From Phoronis australis (lineage: Eukaryota > Animalia > Phoronida): a DNA stretch of 64,000 bases. The translations under genes were made by a program, and so were the position numbers. The stretch's first letter is position 1. Every line of letters begins with the position of its first letter. Under the pieces are notes generated by a model. That model was not told where the DNA came from and did no database searches. It saw nothing but the letters and a program-made list of their open reading frames with translations. This document shows positions 63,100-64,000 of this stretch, one piece after another. The stretch is from positions 87,810 to 151,809 of the forward strand of contig NMRA01000173.1 in NCBI GenBank assembly GCA_002633005.1. The letters are read 5' to 3'.

Positions 63100-63720
63100 C
63101 CACTACTCTTTAGGCTTGTTTTCAATACCGTCTGGCGGCGCTTCGCTACGTGAACTTCGCGCGAGAAAACGCGTCACTTGAGAAACCACGTCTTTGTGGA
63201 AGAAGTGGGGTAAGTTGACAGATAATAAATGATCTTAATTTGTGAAAACTGTTCTTTTGTTCCTAAATACTGAATGGATGAAGCGGCGTAAATTATACAA
63301 AATTCTTTCTTCGTTGAAATTTGTGCTATTCGTTGCATTGGTGCGAAGTAAATTGCATGTGGATTTCTGCTGAGAAAATGAACATCTCGCTCGCCATTTT
63401 TGTCTTAGCTACTAGTTGTAAGCTGTCCGGAAATACTCACACCGTCACCGGGCAGGTAAACCCCGTGGAACTCAACATTTGGCCTTGGCAACTGTCTGGG
63501 ATGGCAGTCTAGGGTCTACAGTACTCCCCATCACCTTCTGTACTAACTTAATCCTTAAACAATGACCATCTATCCAGAATAGAGACGATGATGCTCTATC
63601 ATAGGAGCTCTACACATAGTCATAGGGACGTGACAAAGTCTTGTCTCAACGCTGATTGGCTTTTCCCAGATATTGCGTAATGGCGATTATCGATAAGACA
63701 GCCATTGTCTCACGGTGGCT
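63100..63720. promoter_or_regulatory. CpG-enriched, probably bidirectional promoter (CNEP1R1 and an unknown + strand gene)
   Basis: CpG-rich stretch just 5' of the CNEP1R1 ATG, with YY1-like AAAATGGCG (- strand ~63392-63400), CCAAT box (ctgattggc ~63652) and taatggcg (+ ~63678). Confidence 0.45.
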
Positions 63721-63908
63721 ATAGTATTTCAGCTCTCTCTCCTCCAGAAACCAAGAAAACAGGGAACCACATTATTGATGACGTAGACCGTAAATTCTTC
63801 TGGGCATACGTCATTTTCTTTGTTGAATTTTCATTCTTGTCAAAGCATGTCACTGGTGAGAAGTTGGGGGAATTTTTCGCTCCTGTTTGACTGCTTGTAT
63901 TTTGAAAG
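63700..63908 (+). other. Possible first exon of the next + strand gene
   Basis: Perfect donor AAG|GTAAGT at 63909, downstream of promoter-like motifs. No recognisable coding similarity. Confidence 0.35.
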
Positions 63909-64000
63909 GTAAGTTATTTTCTCTTATGAAATGTGTTCTTTATTCTTATTTTATATCTTTTGCAACTGCTCACCAAATTTCAATTCAATCAAATCACCGT

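Overview
This is AT-rich, intron-rich animal genomic DNA, probably a marine invertebrate (organism not identifiable from sequence). Four spliced housekeeping genes can be reconstructed exon by exon: DHRS4 (+, first coding exon upstream of the window, C-terminal SRL PTS1), INTS2 (-, 24 coding exons, ~1106 aa), MED10 (+, 4 exons, 134 aa) and CNEP1R1/TMEM188 (-, 6 exons, 125 aa). CNEP1R1 has one U12-type intron and one GC-AG intron. Introns and intergenic DNA contain many minisatellites, decayed LINEs, MITE/foldback elements and dispersed repeats, which account for nearly all long ORFs in the track. The most unusual pattern is that at least six tandem duplications start inside an exon and copy a functional splice donor or acceptor (up to 20 times) into the adjacent intron, and a seventh copies the INTS2 stop codon. 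There is no CRISPR array or prokaryote-type system. Gene identities rest on my recollection of orthologous proteins, not on database searches.
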